Below, piece by piece: positions 61,549-64,000 of a DNA stretch of 64,000 nucleotides (its first letter is position 1; each line of letters opens with the position of its first letter). Both the position numbers and the translations under genes were made by a program. Under the pieces are notes generated by a model, which was not told where the DNA came from, made no database searches, and worked only from the letters and a program-made list of their open reading frames with translations. The stretch covers positions 32,001-96,000 of the forward strand of contig JAHLWR010000003.1 of assembly GCA_019057815.1 (NCBI GenBank). Direction: 5' to 3'. This DNA comes from Candidatus Heimdallarchaeota archaeon (GTDB lineage Archaea; Asgardarchaeota; Heimdallarchaeia; Heimdallarchaeales; Heimdallarchaeaceae).

Positions 61549-62275
61549 TTAGTAATTTTTAGCAGATTTTTCAGGCTTGACCATAATTATTACCCCGAGT
61601 CCTATGACCATCATTATTCCGATAATCAACATAGCCCAACCATATGTTTTGTAGTTCCATTTATCATAAAAGACAATGAAAGCAAGACTCCATATTATTG
61701 GGCCTACAGCTGCAGAAACTTTACCGGATAACTTGGAAAAACCAAAATATTCGCCAAATTTTTCCTTAGGAGCTAATGCAGCAACCATAGCTCTCTGAGC
61801 AACCCATGTACCACCTAAAGCAGGTCCAGCGAGTACACCCATGAGAATTATCATGATAAAAGGGAAATTGAAACCAGTGTCTATAGGAGCCCAAATGAAA
61901 ATACCTAAGATTCCAAGAGCTAGTGCTACAAACCAAAGGATTCCAACTAAAATGAAAGCATTCTTAGCTCCTTTTTTATCAGCAAAGACACCGATGAAAT
62001 ATGAAAAAGCAACAGCTGAAACGGTGGATATTACTATGAATATCATACCAAAGGTTTCAGACATAAGAAAACCGTCGCGAATTAAAGGGAACATATAAAT
62101 CACTATCACATTCGCAACATCAACAAAGAGGAAATATCCGATAATAAAGATAAACATCTCTCTATGACGAGTAATCTCTTTAAAAGTACGTCCAAGACTC
62201 TTGAAAGTATCCTTTATTAGAACACCAGCAGAAGGTCTGTCTCCTTTTTTCTGTCTTTCTTTGACAAAGATGAAT
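61549..62275 (-). pseudogene. C-terminal half of a UMF1/Atg22-like MFS transporter (5' half missing)
   Basis: begins at mid-protein FIFVKER; GG....QRAM...LAP.EK.GEYFGF..L.GK.SA..GP; only about 6 TM; upstream ORF part is antisense of another gene. Confidence 0.8.
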
Positions 62276-62620
62276 TCTACCCAAAATGTTGACTTTGTAA
62301 CAATGGATTTGGAAAATTTCATCAAGTTCAATTCGACTTTTAATGAATCTTCATCGGAGGAATTCAATTATATTAGCAATTTTTCTGAATTGAATACAAC
62401 ATCGATTTCATTTGATTTATTATTTGAAGAAGAAACTAGACTCTTTTTCATTATCGAAAATGCTGAATTAATCTTAGGTGGAATAAATGGTACCGATAAT
62501 TGTGATATATCTCTTGTTTTGACATCTGAAGAGGAAAGTGATTATGTTTTTGGCATAATTATTGGTGTTATAATTCTCTTATTCATAGGTTTAGCCGTCT
62601 ATTTAAGGAAGAGAAAATAA
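62270..62620 (+). pseudogene. 3' part of a membrane-anchored surface protein (no signal peptide; likely 5'-truncated)
   Basis: NxS/T-rich beta domain, C-terminal TM plus RKRK; fused back-to-back with the MFS half. Confidence 0.6.
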
Positions 62621-62657
62621 ATTTTTTTCAACATTCTTTTTTGATTTTTTCAAGATT

Positions 62658-63710
62658 TTAAAGAATCCAATAATCTTTTTGAGCTTTTTTTACTAAATTA
62701 ATCATATCTATAGTGTGTTCAGTTATATTTTCTATTTTTACATCGTCACACAAAGAAGATTTTTCACCTAAAATCCCTTTTAGGTATTTCTCGCTGACCG
62801 TTGCTAGCTTTTTCAAATAGTAACCTCCTTCTAGAACGTTTACTATTTTTCCACCAGTTAATTTTTTTGCTGTTTCTTGAATCATGTAACCTGCAGCTTG
62901 GAATGCTTCTGCTGTGATGTTTAAAATCCCTGCAGGGTCACCCTTCAATGCATCAAATCCAATTGAAACAAGAACAATTTCGGGCTTATATTGTTCCACT
63001 ATTTGTAAAGCTGTTTTCAAAGCGTAAAGCCAATCAACATTTTCAGTATTTGGTAGAAGAGGTATATTTACTGTGAATCCTTTTCCTTCTTTTATTCCCA
63101 CTTCTGAAGGGTATCCTGATCCTGGATATGAGTATTTAGGATGAGCATGTAATGACAAATAAAGAACATCCTTTCTGTGATAGAATATGTGAGCAGTACC
63201 ATTACCAAAATGATGATCAATATCTAATATAGCTATTTTCTTGATATTTCTTTCACTAATTAGCCATTCAGCAGCAATAGCGATGTTATTAAAAAAGCAG
63301 AAACCTCCACAAGAATTTACTTCAGCGTGATGTCCCGGTGGTCGAACTAATGCAAAACTTGTTTTTGATATACCATCAACTACCACTCTAGTTGCTTTTA
63401 TTGTTCCTCCAACAGCTAACTTAGCTGTAGTGAACGAATGCTCATTCATGGAAGTATCAAGAGATACCATACCTCCTCCTAGTTCTGAAACTCTTTTAAT
63501 ACGATAAACAAGATCCGGAACATGAACTCTGAGTATCTCATCCTCTTCAACTAATTCAGGGTCATCGATTTTAATTGTTAGTGAACTTTCAGATTTCAGT
63601 TTCTCTACTCCCTCAAGTATAGGATTTAGCCTTTCTGGACACTCTGGGTGTAAAGTATCCATTTTATGATCCTTGTAACGTTCTGAGTAAATGACTATAA
63701 GATCATACAT
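62658..63710 (-). CDS. histone deacetylase family protein
   Basis: HPECPERL, RPPGHHA, GFCFFNN, DIDHHFGNGT, GFDA..GDP, LEGGY. Confidence 0.95.
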   Translation of the reverse strand: MYDLIVIYSERYKDHKMDTLHPECPERLNPILEGVEKLKSESSLTIKIDDPELVEEDEILRVHVPDLVYRIKRVSELGGGMVSLDTSMNEHSFTTAKLAVGGTIKATRVVVDGISKTSFALVRPPGHHAEVNSCGGFCFFNNIAIAAEWLISERNIKKIAILDIDHHFGNGTAHIFYHRKDVLYLSLHAHPKYSYPGSGYPSEVGIKEGKGFTVNIPLLPNTENVDWLYALKTALQIVEQYKPEIVLVSIGFDALKGDPAGILNITAEAFQAAGYMIQETAKKLTGGKIVNVLEGGYYLKKLATVSEKYLKGILGEKSSLCDDVKIENITEHTIDMINLVKKAQKDYWIL

Positions 63711-63863
63711 TTAGTTTAACTAGGTCATAGAACAATTAATCTTTTCGTATTAATCTATCAGCAGAACATTTTGTTTGTTAATTGAGAATAAAAATAGAAA
63801 CTACAAACTTATATATGGTTTTTTTGAAATCAGAATTATTGTAATATCGATGGAGTTAGAAAA

Positions 63864-64000
63864 ATGAGTTTCTTGGTTGATGTTGGACTAGCGCTACTCT
63901 TTGCTGGACCTATCTTCTTTTCCAATGCAATTCCTTCAGTGCTTGGAGGAGGTTATCCTATAGACTCTTATAAGAATTTCTTCGATGGAAAGAGAATTCT
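63864..64000 (+). CDS. carS: CDP-archaeol synthase (partial, runs off the window)
   Basis: P..FSNAIP.VLGGGYPID....FDGKRI matches the CarS/DUF46 N-terminus. Confidence 0.85.
   Translation, partial: MSFLVDVGLALLFAGPIFFSNAIPSVLGGGYPIDSYKNFFDGKRI

Noticed and set aside
1-64000. tRNA, rRNA, CRISPR arrays, transposases
   Set aside because: No cloverleaf-like GC-rich segments, regularly spaced repeats or transposase/integrase motifs seen by eye; a covariance-model scan would be needed to exclude small RNAs fully

Overview
AT-rich (roughly 30% GC by eye) archaeal chromosomal segment, most likely from an Asgard archaeon (Heimdallarchaeia-like; inferred from an ESCRT-II Vps22/36-like gene, a eukaryote-like TyrRS, and archaeal rps17e, Lsm, RIO2, HerA/NurA, GINS, Hel308, MCM and CarS). 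Most of the window is housekeeping and metabolic genes: iorA, ABC exporters, a prenyl synthase, two Ino1 homologues, class II HMG-CoA reductase, udp, a beta-CASP nuclease, HPS, pyrG and an HDAC. Six things stand out. (1) An intact, translationally coupled nuoJ-K-L-M-N-like membrane-arm operon has lost most of the conserved proton-pumping Glu/Lys residues, has no hydrophilic subunits nearby, carries two separate 33-bp tandem duplications, and is preceded by two paralogous surface proteins. (2) A GC-rich hairpin with a well-spaced BRE/TATA promoter is a candidate small RNA. (3) A PIN + helical + OB-like protein sits next to a KaiC-like ATPase. (4) A recombination hotspot at 58.8-62.6 kb holds single accessory genes (including an RxxxxH HEPN-like protein) and gene remnants between degenerate copies of an MFS gene end and its flank; a similar flank duplication brackets an LVIVD gene at 29.9-32.1 kb. 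(5) MCM carries a 655-aa LAGLIDADG intein. (6) One Ino1 paralogue has an altered active site. I recognised no tRNA, rRNA, CRISPR array, integrase or transposase. All family assignments come from motif recognition by eye, not database searches.
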